A DNA stretch of 49,875 bases, taken from assembly GCA_964427485.1 (NCBI GenBank), contig CAYRUP010000001.1, positions 1 through 49,875 on the forward strand. Reading direction: 5' to 3'. Position numbers and translations under genes: made by a program. Each line of letters starts with the position of its first letter. The stretch's first letter is position 1. A model generated the notes under the pieces. It saw only the letters and a list, made by a program, of their open reading frames with translations, was not told where the DNA came from and ran no database searches. The stretch is from an uncultured Coxiellaceae bacterium. GTDB lineage: Bacteria > Pseudomonadota > Gammaproteobacteria > DSM-16500. Below, one piece after another: positions 18,874-27,127 of this stretch.

Positions 18874-21800
18874 TCAAATGAAAATTTGCTTCCGCTTTCC
18901 TTCCGGCGTCGGTAAGAAACCAATTTCACAAAGATATTTCATGTAAAGACGTAATAATCGATCATTTAAATCAGGATAAGAAATTCCAGCGGTTTTAAGC
19001 GCAGCGATCGTGTGATTCATTTCAATTTTATACGCGTTAGGCGGAGTGATTTTTGATAAATAATGGGGTAAAAAAGAAAAGAGCGCATTTTCAGGACCAA
19101 TTTTGGTAAGATGTTGGCGCCATTCTTTGTGAGAACATAATTTGATTGTATAACCATAATCATTTAGCCATGCAATCAAATCAGTCCACATAATTCCATT
19201 CGGATGATCGATATGATAAACATTAGATTTGTCAGGTTTTTGTAACGACAAATTAATGATAGCTTTACTGACGAAATCAACAGGTAATAACCGAATTTGT
19301 TCGTGCCAATTCGGTGCAAGACCGAGTTGAATACAGCCTTTGATGAGCAACAATAAAGAATCATTCATGTTGGTAATGCCACTATCTGATTGTCCCCAGA
19401 TATGACCCGAACGATAAATCGAAACCGGTAGACCACGATTTTTTAATTGCGTCAGAAGGCGTTCAGAAACCCATTTGCTGAGTGCGTAGCCACCCACAAG
19501 TTGACTGGCATTGGCATCAGGAAATTCTTCTAATAGATGATTTTTATCATCTATTTTATTTGCTGCAGAAAGGGTTGAAATATAATGGATAGGTTTATCA
19601 TATTGCTGTAAGGCAAATTTAATCATTTCTATCGTACCTTGTACATTGCTGGTGCGTAAATTAGTGTAAGAAGTAATTGTATTAATTTGTGCACTACAGT
19701 GATAAATCAAGTCAATTTTTCCAGCGAGACTTTTGTAAAGCTCAACCGGAATTCCAAACTGATCATTGCCGACATCACTTTCAATCATCACGATCCGTCG
19801 ATTCGCTAGGGAAATTTCATCCGATAATTCATACCGATCAATATTCGTGATGAGACGTGTGGCAATGCTTTCAAATTTTCCTTTACGAATCAGACAATAA
19901 ATTTTTGCATCCGTATTGGCTAACAATTCACGTAATAGATAAATACCAAGAAAACCTGCGGAACCTGTCAGTAATATCCCTTGAGGATTATAAATTGAAG
20001 AACTTAATATTTTATTTGGAATGACATCATCATGTAAAACGGCATCCCGCGCAATTTCATCTTGTATCGAAGTCTTGTGAGTATAATGCGTTCCTTTTGA
20101 CTCAATATATTCTGCCATGATTGGAATAAACGGTAACTCAAAAAATATTCGTTCAGGAAGCGCTAATTTAAATTTTTGTAAGATACGTACGGATAATTCA
20201 GCGACGCGTTGGGAATTACCACCGATATCAAAAAAATTGTCTGTGATACTGACGGAATCTAAATTTAAAATATCACACCACATCGCATAAATTTCTTTTT
20301 CAATTTCATTACGCGGTTCAGCATGACTCCGTTCTAATAATCGCTCAAAATCTTTAGGCGGAGGTAATAAGCGCCAATCAATTTTTCCATTAAATGTTAA
20401 AGGCAGATTGGTTAGCGTACTAAAAACAGTAGGAATCATGTAATTCGGTAATTTGCGTTTAAGCGCGCTCCTTAAGCTACGCTTCGCTGCTGCGCTTTGC
20501 AGTGTTTCCATGAGATTATGCGTTGAAAGATAATATTCGACACTTTTTTGTAATAAATTTTGTTGTTTATTGGTTTGCTCAAATTGAATGCCTGCACGTT
20601 GTTCGCGCTGCCAAATGACTTTGCCACTTAACCACAATGCTTCGTTGAAACCCGGTAATTTTAAATTTAAGCGTACACTCTGGCCTTTGACTAATTCATC
20701 AGTCGCGCCGGTTAGGGCAATACCTGACTTTGAAATATCTTCACTTAATGCTTGTAAATAATGCATTTTGTCGATAGAGATGAGACAGCGTTCTTGATAA
20801 GGAATACGGATTTTATCTAGATTAGGTACAAGATAGGCGATTAATGTTTTAGCGCCATTCGTCAATTCTTTTGCAATAACAACCACTTCATTGACATCAG
20901 GATATTGATTCAATGCAGTTTCAATTTCGCTGAGTTCGATGCGATAGCCACTTAATTTTATTTGATGATCAATACGACCTACAAATTCCAAATTTCCATC
21001 TTTAAGCCAACGAACTAAATCACCCGTACGATAAACTTTTGCATCGGGGTCATCACTAAAAATGTTACGAACAAATTTGTCGCGCGTCAATTGTGGACGA
21101 TTCAAATAGCCTGCGGAAAGATTTGCACCGCCAATTAAAAGTTCGCCTACATTACCGATCGGTACCGGTTCCATGTGTTGATCAACCACATAGACTTCTG
21201 AGTTTGCCAGCGCTTTTCCTATGGGTGGCGGCAAATGTTTTGTGGCATCCGGTGGTGTATTTGCGTGATAAATTTTAATAAAGGTTGTTTCAATCGTTGC
21301 TTCAGCAGGACCATACACATTCCAGATATCGAATGGATAAATTTGCGCGGGATAATGCGCGAGCATTTCACCACCTAATTTGATTAATCTAAGACTGAGT
21401 TGATCAGGCCAAGAAAGATTAAATAACACTTGCGCATAAGCAGTAGGTAAATCACAAAGCGTAATTTTTTCCTGTACGAGCCAAGCCATGAATAATGCTG
21501 GCGAAAATTTCACATGATCATCGACTATATTGATATTTGCACCGTTTAAAAGAAAAGGAATAGTTTCACAAAAAAACGTATCAAAACCCTGTGAAGCAAA
21601 TTGCGATGCACGATCGTTGGAAGTAATATCAAAACAGGATTTATACCAATTGCTTAAGTTGACCAAGCTTGAGTGATTAATGATGACTCCTTTGGGTTCG
21701 CCTGTTGTGCCTGAAGTATAAATAACATAGGCATGCCGTTCATTACTATCGGATTTAACAATCGGTAATTGTTTCGGGAGATGCTTTACCACAGAAAGAT

Positions 21801-23010
21801 TTTCATCAATAATAACGGTCTTATATAAAAATTCCTTATCAATTCTTTGTGTATTGTTGACTAAAATAAGATGCGTTGTGCTATCTTCAATGATGAATTT
21901 AATGTTTTCATCGGAATATTTTGGATTAATTGGAACATAGACTGCGCCAATTTTAAATATGGCAAGCATGGTTGCAATTAAAAGTGGGGTACGTTCCATC
22001 AAGACAGCGATCGTATCTCCAAAACGGATTTTGCGTTGTGCTAAGAGATGGGCAATTTGATTGGAGATTTCATCTAATTCTTTGTAGGTCATATTGGTTT
22101 GGTTGTGTGTGATAGCAATATAATCCGGTGTTCGTCGCGCTTGTTGGATAAATAAATTATGCACGCATTCATTTTTTTTGACGGAAAAACGTTTGTATTG
22201 CAGTTTATTCCATTCATGCAATAATTCTTGTCTTTCTTCGGAAGTCAGAATCGAATAATGCGTCACTAATTGATCAGGATCAGATACAATTTTTTTAAGT
22301 ATTACGCGATAATGTTCTATTAAATTGACTAGACTATCTTGTGTGAATCGTTTCGTATTACATAAAATGCTTAATTTTAATGGAGATTCACTTTGCATAA
22401 TCAATACAAGTGGATAAATACCAGGATCTAACGTACTGAGATTTAAATTTTCTTTTTGAATGGAAGTAATTTTTTTCGATGGATAGAGTAATAAATAATT
22501 AAATAAATTTTTAAAGGCAGCGCTGCTTTGAGTTTCTTTGCCAAATGTTTTTATATGTTTATTGTTTTCTATTAATTTTGCTTCTGTGTTATTTAAATAA
22601 TTCAATATCGTTTCTTCTTCATGAATAGTCGAGCGCACTGGGAGTAGGGGCGGGAGAATAGATAATTCTTTGCTTTTAGTATTTTTTGCAATACACGCCA
22701 TCCCGTAAATGATATCGTCTGCAGTGGAATAGCGATTTAATAATAATCCCCATGCGCCATGAATAAGGGTGGAAATTGTTAGTTTATTTTTTACTACGAA
22801 TTTTTTTAAAATTTTTGCTAATTCAGAATCAATGGGAATTTCTTCGTGATGATAGGTGCGTATGTTTTTTCTTTTTAAGCTAGATCGATCGATTTCAAAA
22901 TCTTCTAACCATACTTTGGAATGTGAGGAAAAATTTTCAATGACATGCTTCCAATAGCCCGTCATAGCAGGCGTTTTTTTTGCAGATTTTTTTGATTTTT
23001 TGACAGGCAT
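18874..23010 (-). CDS. NRPS-like enzyme: truncated condensation-like domain, adenylation domain with PilZ-like insert, carrier domain, terminal thioester reductase
   Basis: A-domain cores are all readable: A1 MTYKEL, A2 FKIGAVYVPINP, A3 YVIYTSGTTGEPKGV, A4 FDTFFCE, A5 NVYGPAEAT, A6 GELLIGGANLSAGYL, A7 YRTGDL, A8 GRIDHQIKLSGYRIELSEIE, A9 LPNYMIP and A10 NGKIDW. Carrier motif is FFDIGGNSQR (Ser933). The reductase has the Rossmann motif LLTGSAGFLG and YALSK (YxxxK). The N-terminal ~260 aa resemble only the C-terminal half of a condensation domain. Confidence 0.92.
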   Translation of the reverse strand: MPVKKSKKSAKKTPAMTGYWKHVIENFSSHSKVWLEDFEIDRSSLKRKNIRTYHHEEIPIDSELAKILKKFVVKNKLTISTLIHGAWGLLLNRYSTADDIIYGMACIAKNTKSKELSILPPLLPVRSTIHEEETILNYLNNTEAKLIENNKHIKTFGKETQSSAAFKNLFNYLLLYPSKKITSIQKENLNLSTLDPGIYPLVLIMQSESPLKLSILCNTKRFTQDSLVNLIEHYRVILKKIVSDPDQLVTHYSILTSEERQELLHEWNKLQYKRFSVKKNECVHNLFIQQARRTPDYIAITHNQTNMTYKELDEISNQIAHLLAQRKIRFGDTIAVLMERTPLLIATMLAIFKIGAVYVPINPKYSDENIKFIIEDSTTHLILVNNTQRIDKEFLYKTVIIDENLSVVKHLPKQLPIVKSDSNERHAYVIYTSGTTGEPKGVIINHSSLVNLSNWYKSCFDITSNDRASQFASQGFDTFFCETIPFLLNGANINIVDDHVKFSPALFMAWLVQEKITLCDLPTAYAQVLFNLSWPDQLSLRLIKLGGEMLAHYPAQIYPFDIWNVYGPAEATIETTFIKIYHANTPPDATKHLPPPIGKALANSEVYVVDQHMEPVPIGNVGELLIGGANLSAGYLNRPQLTRDKFVRNIFSDDPDAKVYRTGDLVRWLKDGNLEFVGRIDHQIKLSGYRIELSEIETALNQYPDVNEVVVIAKELTNGAKTLIAYLVPNLDKIRIPYQERCLISIDKMHYLQALSEDISKSGIALTGATDELVKGQSVRLNLKLPGFNEALWLSGKVIWQREQRAGIQFEQTNKQQNLLQKSVEYYLSTHNLMETLQSAAAKRSLRSALKRKLPNYMIPTVFSTLTNLPLTFNGKIDWRLLPPPKDFERLLERSHAEPRNEIEKEIYAMWCDILNLDSVSITDNFFDIGGNSQRVAELSVRILQKFKLALPERIFFELPFIPIMAEYIESKGTHYTHKTSIQDEIARDAVLHDDVIPNKILSSSIYNPQGILLTGSAGFLGIYLLRELLANTDAKIYCLIRKGKFESIATRLITNIDRYELSDEISLANRRIVMIESDVGNDQFGIPVELYKSLAGKIDLIYHCSAQINTITSYTNLRTSNVQGTIEMIKFALQQYDKPIHYISTLSAANKIDDKNHLLEEFPDANASQLVGGYALSKWVSERLLTQLKNRGLPVSIYRSGHIWGQSDSGITNMNDSLLLLIKGCIQLGLAPNWHEQIRLLPVDFVSKAIINLSLQKPDKSNVYHIDHPNGIMWTDLIAWLNDYGYTIKLCSHKEWRQHLTKIGPENALFSFLPHYLSKITPPNAYKIEMNHTIAALKTAGISYPDLNDRLLRLYMKYLCEIGFLPTPEGKRKQIFI
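18877..19983 (-). other. terminal thioester reductase (SDR) domain of the NRPS-like protein
   Basis: Residues ~1010-1378 contain GILLTGSAGFLGIYLLRELL, IYCLIRK, HCSAQIN and GGYALSKWVSE, which is the pattern of NRPS/CAR terminal R domains. Confidence 0.8.
20482..20811 (-). other. PilZ-like insertion inside the adenylation domain (residues ~734-843)
   Basis: 156 residues separate A8 (678-697) from A9 (854-860), where roughly 50-60 is usual. The extra segment reads IRIPYQERCLISIDKMHYLQALSEDISKSGIALTGATDELVKGQSVRLNLKLPGFNEALWLSGKVIWQREQRAGIQFEQ. It contains a DxSxxG motif (DISKSG, nt 20722-20739) and a PilZ-style beta-strand pattern. The Arg motif is non-canonical (RIPYQER). Confidence 0.5.
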
Positions 23011-23022
23011 TACAATGTCCTC

Positions 23023-24651
23023 TCAAAAGGTCATCAAACTTCTTTCTTCTAATTTGGCGATTTTATTAAATTGTAAAATAATCTTTTGTTCCGGTAAGGG
23101 TCTGCTGAGGTAATAACCTTGCACGATATCACACCCATTATCTGCGAGATATTGCAATTGTTCTGCGGTTTCAACGCCTTCTGCCACGACTTTCATTCCA
23201 AGACTATGCGCCAGTGCAATGACTGCACTGATAATGGCGGTATCATTTTGATTGTAAGAAATTCCTTTAATAAATGTTTGATCGATTTTCAAAATGCTAA
23301 TTGGAAATTTTTTAAGATAACTGATCGAAGTATATCCGGTGCCAAAATCATCCACAGAAATATGTACGCCACTATTTTTGATACGTTGCAGTTTACTCAC
23401 TGTTGCTTCAACATCTGACATCATTGCGGTTTCTGTGATTTCAAGTTCGAGATATTTGGGGTCAAGTGAAAATTCCAAAAGAATACTTTCAACTAATTTT
23501 GCAATATCTTGATGTTGAAATTGTTTTGGCGAAAGATTAACAGCAACGATGACAGGTTCGAAGCCTTGTTGCTGCCAAGCTTTACTCGCTTTGCAAGCTT
23601 CGCGTAATGCCCATTCACCAATTTGCATGATAAGACCTGTTTCCTCGGCGAGCGGAATAAACTCAATGGGGTTAATCAAACCCAGTTCCGGATTTTCCCA
23701 ACGAATTAATGCTTCTACACCTGCAATTGAGCCATCATTTAAATTTAATTTTGGTTGATAATGCAGTACAAATTCATTATTACTAATGGCTTTTCGCAAT
23801 GCAGCTTCAAGTTTTATATGCTCATGTGCTTCCACACTCATTTCTCGAGTGAAATATTGAAATACGCTGCCACCGGATTGTTTTACATTGTGCATGACGA
23901 TATCGGCATTTTTTTGTAAATCTTCCAGTGATTCTCCATCATTTGGGTAAATACAAATGCCAATACTAATCGTCACCATTAATTCATGATTTTCAATTTT
24001 GATGGGCTCAGCACACACTTGTAATAATTTATCAGCGACGGGACTTGCAAATTTGGGATGTCCAATATCATTTAATAAAATGATAAATTCATCGCCGCCC
24101 AATCGAGCTAAAATATCACCCGAACGTAATACCGTTCTAAAACGATTGGCTATTTCTTTTAAAACGAGATCGCCTGCGGCAACACCCAGTTCATCATTTA
24201 TATTTTTAAATCGATCAATATCAATAAATAAAATAGCCATCATTTTTTTATGCCGGCTTGAATGGTGGAGGGTTTTGTTGAGCATTTCATGAAAAAAAAC
24301 GCGATTGGGCAATGAGGTTAAATCATCGTAATGTGCCAAATGGATTAAATGTGCTTTATGAAGGGTGAGTTCATTTTCAATTTGTTCGTGATCAGTGAGT
24401 TCTTGATTTAATTGTGGATGATTATCTATCGGCTTTGCAGGTGGATCAAGATGATTGAGTATCAGAAAATCGAATAGCCATAGAATAAGTAGTAATGATG
24501 TTGCCCCTAAGATGATAAAACTGATGGTATAAATGGGTGTTGGATCTGAGAAGCTGCGCATTAAAAAGAGTTTTGATCCAGTATAAGTTAGCGTGAGAAA
24601 ACTAACCCAGACTAGACCCACTCCAAATAATATTTTATTGCGCAACTTCAT
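23023..24651 (-). CDS. membrane-anchored diguanylate cyclase/phosphodiesterase (GGDEF with I-site + EAL)
   Basis: Two N-terminal TM helices. RSGDILARLGGDEF carries an RxxD I-site 5 residues before an intact GGDEF. EAL motifs are GVEALIRW, DDFGTGYTSISYLKKFPISILKIDQTFI and AEGVET. Start placed at ATG 24651 (MKLRNKILFG) 5 nt after AAGGAG. ATG 24774 is the long alternative. The stop lies 12 nt before the NRPS-like start. Confidence 0.9.
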   Translation of the reverse strand: MKLRNKILFGVGLVWVSFLTLTYTGSKLFLMRSFSDPTPIYTISFIILGATSLLLILWLFDFLILNHLDPPAKPIDNHPQLNQELTDHEQIENELTLHKAHLIHLAHYDDLTSLPNRVFFHEMLNKTLHHSSRHKKMMAILFIDIDRFKNINDELGVAAGDLVLKEIANRFRTVLRSGDILARLGGDEFIILLNDIGHPKFASPVADKLLQVCAEPIKIENHELMVTISIGICIYPNDGESLEDLQKNADIVMHNVKQSGGSVFQYFTREMSVEAHEHIKLEAALRKAISNNEFVLHYQPKLNLNDGSIAGVEALIRWENPELGLINPIEFIPLAEETGLIMQIGEWALREACKASKAWQQQGFEPVIVAVNLSPKQFQHQDIAKLVESILLEFSLDPKYLELEITETAMMSDVEATVSKLQRIKNSGVHISVDDFGTGYTSISYLKKFPISILKIDQTFIKGISYNQNDTAIISAVIALAHSLGMKVVAEGVETAEQLQYLADNGCDIVQGYYLSRPLPEQKIILQFNKIAKLEERSLMTF

Positions 24652-24710
24652 AATGGCTCCTTTAGATACAAAAAGATCAAGCCACCGTGGAATGCGGTTG
24701 GTATAAGTGT

Positions 24711-24719
24711 ATTTTAACA
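24711..24719 (-). promoter_or_regulatory. candidate extended -10 promoter element for the GGDEF-EAL/NRPS operon
   Basis: The minus strand reads TGTTAAAAT (TGn + TAAAAT), ~60 nt upstream of ATG 24651 and inside the long-ORF extension. This favours the shorter start. Pattern match only. Confidence 0.3.
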
Positions 24720-24804
24720 TATTATGCTGGCAGGTTTTTGCTATTTTGCGGTGTTTTGATCTTGTTGTGGTCATTCTTCTTGAGCGTAATTACAGATTTT
24801 CAGC

Positions 24805-24910
24805 ACCCTCATCCCCAGCCCTTCTCCCAACGCATTCTGCGTTGGGAGAAGGGAGTTTAACATTTTAGCTCCCTTCTCCCGGCAACGGGAGAAGGGCTGG
24901 GGATGAGGGT
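24805..24910. repeat. R1 palindromic repeat, full copy (inverted relative to 17658-17764)
   Basis: ACCCTCATCCCCAGCCCTTCTCCC-AACGCATTCTGCGTT-GGGAGAAGGGAG...CTCCCTTCTCCC-GGCAAC-GGGAGAAGGGCTGGGGATGAGGGT. It has the same two loop sequences as the 17658 copy, in the opposite order. Confidence 0.9.
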
Positions 24911-24921
24911 GTAGAATGACA

Positions 24922-25740
24922 TTATGTCCTTGATGATGGGCTACTACGTTGATGTTCTTGTAACTCTACTTCTATTGGAGATTCTTGCTTATCTTCTTTA
25001 CCTAATTTATCTAAATGAATTGTTATACTCCTATATAAGTTTCCTTTACTTTTTCCTTCTGTCACTCTCTTTTCAATAGTTTTTTTGAATTCTCTCAATT
25101 GATCTCTTACCGCTTCGTCAGATTCTGCTTTGTTTAATGCGAGAGCGAGTGTTTTTGCTATTTCTATAATATAATCTTTCCTCTCTTTTCTTTCTAATAA
25201 ATAATCCAATACGATATTTAAACTTGATGTTTTAACATCTTCAACGCTCGTCTTATTTTTTGCTTGAAAGATAGATTTCTTAATAGTTTCCTCAATTTCA
25301 ATTTCTCTTTTTCTTTTCCATAAAAGTTCATCCAAGATGACACTTTTTACCCTCGTTTTATATTCTGCCTCTACTTTTATCATAGCTGCGGAACCATAAA
25401 GTCTAGATAATTTTGCTAATTGTGCATCCACAACTTCTTGCAATCTTCCTGGCTTACCATTGAGCTGAGCAGAATAAAATTCATTTATTCTTTTTAATAC
25501 CATTAAAATAAGAATTATTTCACCTCGTGAACGGGTGGTGGATTTATTGGCGTCTTCTATGTGATCGAGCGCAGTTTCTATCAAGAAATTTTTTTTGTCA
25601 TAAAGAGTCTTATCATCGCTCCACTTCTCTTTGCGGCAATAATAAGTTAACAAGATTCCTCGCGTTGAATCTTTAAAATAATCAAAAGTATTAGATTCTA
25701 GGTCATAATCTTTACTTTCATACACGGCTCTATCTTTCAT
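24922..25740 (-). CDS. hypothetical protein, K/E-rich, predicted helical (orphan)
   Basis: 272-aa ORF in a stretch that looks markedly AT-rich by eye. Charged, heptad-like sequence (KRKREIEIEETIKKSIF..., LREFKKTIEKRVTEGKSKG). I recognise no domain. Confidence 0.6.
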   Translation of the reverse strand: MKDRAVYESKDYDLESNTFDYFKDSTRGILLTYYCRKEKWSDDKTLYDKKNFLIETALDHIEDANKSTTRSRGEIILILMVLKRINEFYSAQLNGKPGRLQEVVDAQLAKLSRLYGSAAMIKVEAEYKTRVKSVILDELLWKRKREIEIEETIKKSIFQAKNKTSVEDVKTSSLNIVLDYLLERKERKDYIIEIAKTLALALNKAESDEAVRDQLREFKKTIEKRVTEGKSKGNLYRSITIHLDKLGKEDKQESPIEVELQEHQRSSPSSRT

Positions 25741-25797
25741 GTGATTTATTCCCCGTTTTATTGGTGAATTATTATATCACATTATGATCAAATTTTG

Positions 25798-26454
25798 TTA
25801 TTTAACGCCATTTTCGATCTTATTTTGCTCCTTACCATCTAATAATTCACGCATTTTGGCTTTAATCATATCAATTGCGATCCGATTGCCGCCGCCGCGC
25901 GGAACAATAATATCTGCGTAGCGTTTGGAGGGTTCAATGAACTGAAGATACATGGGGCGTACTGTTTCTTCATATTGTTTAATGACCGAATCCAGCGAGC
26001 GGCCACGTTCATTCATGTCACGTTTCATGCGGCGAATCAGGCAAATATCTAACGCGGTTTCCATAAAAATACGGATATCCATTAACTCGCGTAATTTGGG
26101 TTCGATAAATAACAAAATGCCTTCTAAAACAATAATCGTATGTTGACCGATTTTGCGGGTTTCTTTTTCGCGTAAATGCATAGAATGATTATAAATAGGC
26201 ACATTAACGGGATTGCCTAATTGTAATTGTATTAAGTGTTGAATCAGTAATTCATGATCCAGAGAATTGGGATGGTCATAATTAATTTTCGTGCGTTCTT
26301 CAAAAGGTATGTTGCTGTGATCTTTGTAATAGGAATCTTCTGAAATGACGACAACTTGGTCGGAGCCCAATTCGTTTACGATGGTATTTGCCAATAAACT
26401 TTTGCCAGAAGCGGATGCTCCGGAAATACCAATGATAATTGCTTTTTTACTCAA
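25798..26454 (-). CDS. udk: uridine kinase
   Basis: P-loop IIGISGASASGKS, then the conserved NYDHPNSLD region and the rest of the protein. TTG start at 26454 lies 7 nt after GAGGAG. Confidence 0.92.
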   Translation of the reverse strand: MSKKAIIIGISGASASGKSLLANTIVNELGSDQVVVISEDSYYKDHSNIPFEERTKINYDHPNSLDHELLIQHLIQLQLGNPVNVPIYNHSMHLREKETRKIGQHTIIVLEGILLFIEPKLRELMDIRIFMETALDICLIRRMKRDMNERGRSLDSVIKQYEETVRPMYLQFIEPSKRYADIIVPRGGGNRIAIDMIKAKMRELLDGKEQNKIENGVK

Positions 26455-26457
26455 GGG

Positions 26458-27000
26458 TTATCTCCTCAATAATACGTTCAATGCACCGCGGCCACCGCTT
26501 TTGGCGGGAGCACTGCAAAAAGCCAGCACTTCTTCAGTTTGACGCAGCCAATGGTTCAATTTATTTTTTAAGATCGCTTGATTGCTATAGCGTCCTTTTC
26601 CATGAATAATCAACACGTGCCGCAATCCTTGTTGCCGACAGCGCTGTAGAAATTCACTCAGCGATTGGCGCGCTTCTTCCACTTTTTTGCCATGCAAATC
26701 CAAGATAGCGTCTACATTATATTGACCCAAGCGCAATTTGCGAAGCATTTTATACTGTACCCCTGAACGGGCAAATTCTAAATGATCTTCGCCGCTGACC
26801 GAAGGTAGATTTTCATGATCCGAAAACTGAAACCCCATTTGTGGTTCATCTACCACTGCATTTTGACGCCGTTTTGGTGTTGGACGATTGACTTGGTCTA
26901 TAGAAGTTTTCGTGTGCTTTAACGGCTTAACTCCGCGCATTGCTTCGCGAAAGGCAGTTTTGTCATCTTCTGAGAGGTCGGTTTTTTTTAATTTAGCCAT
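26458..27000 (-). CDS. Smr-domain protein (SmrA/YdaL-like endonuclease)
   Basis: C-terminal Smr domain with DLHGKKVEEARQSLSEFL ... LIIHGKG. Start placed at ATG 27000 (MAKLKKTDLSEDDK). The longer track start at 27066 adds 22 unconvincing residues. Confidence 0.85.
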   Translation of the reverse strand: MAKLKKTDLSEDDKTAFREAMRGVKPLKHTKTSIDQVNRPTPKRRQNAVVDEPQMGFQFSDHENLPSVSGEDHLEFARSGVQYKMLRKLRLGQYNVDAILDLHGKKVEEARQSLSEFLQRCRQQGLRHVLIIHGKGRYSNQAILKNKLNHWLRQTEEVLAFCSAPAKSGGRGALNVLLRR

Positions 27001-27087
27001 TGTCGGTTCGATTTTCGTTTCGATATAAAGATATGGTATAGCATAAATTTCCCTTCTGCGAAGCATATGAACAATTTGTGAAAATTA

Positions 27088-27096
27088 TGTTAAAAT
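27088..27096 (+). promoter_or_regulatory. candidate extended -10 promoter element for hslO
   Basis: TGTTAAAAT lies 32 nt upstream of ATG 27128 in the divergent smr/hslO spacer. Pattern match only. Confidence 0.3.
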
Positions 27097-27127
27097 GCCC
27101 CACTTTAGCTGAGATTTTACTAACTAT

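Noticed and set aside
22828-22851. HHEEIPID near the N-terminus of the NRPS-like protein as the condensation HHxxxDG motif
   Set aside because: The spacing is wrong (there is no Asp-Gly at positions +5/+6). It falls in the region that aligns with the C-terminal subdomain of C domains, not the catalytic loop.
17658-25740. Transposase, integrase or phage genes that could explain the AT-rich NRPS block
   Set aside because: No ORF in or around the block shows DDE, tyrosine- or serine-recombinase or phage motifs. Only the R1 repeats flank it.
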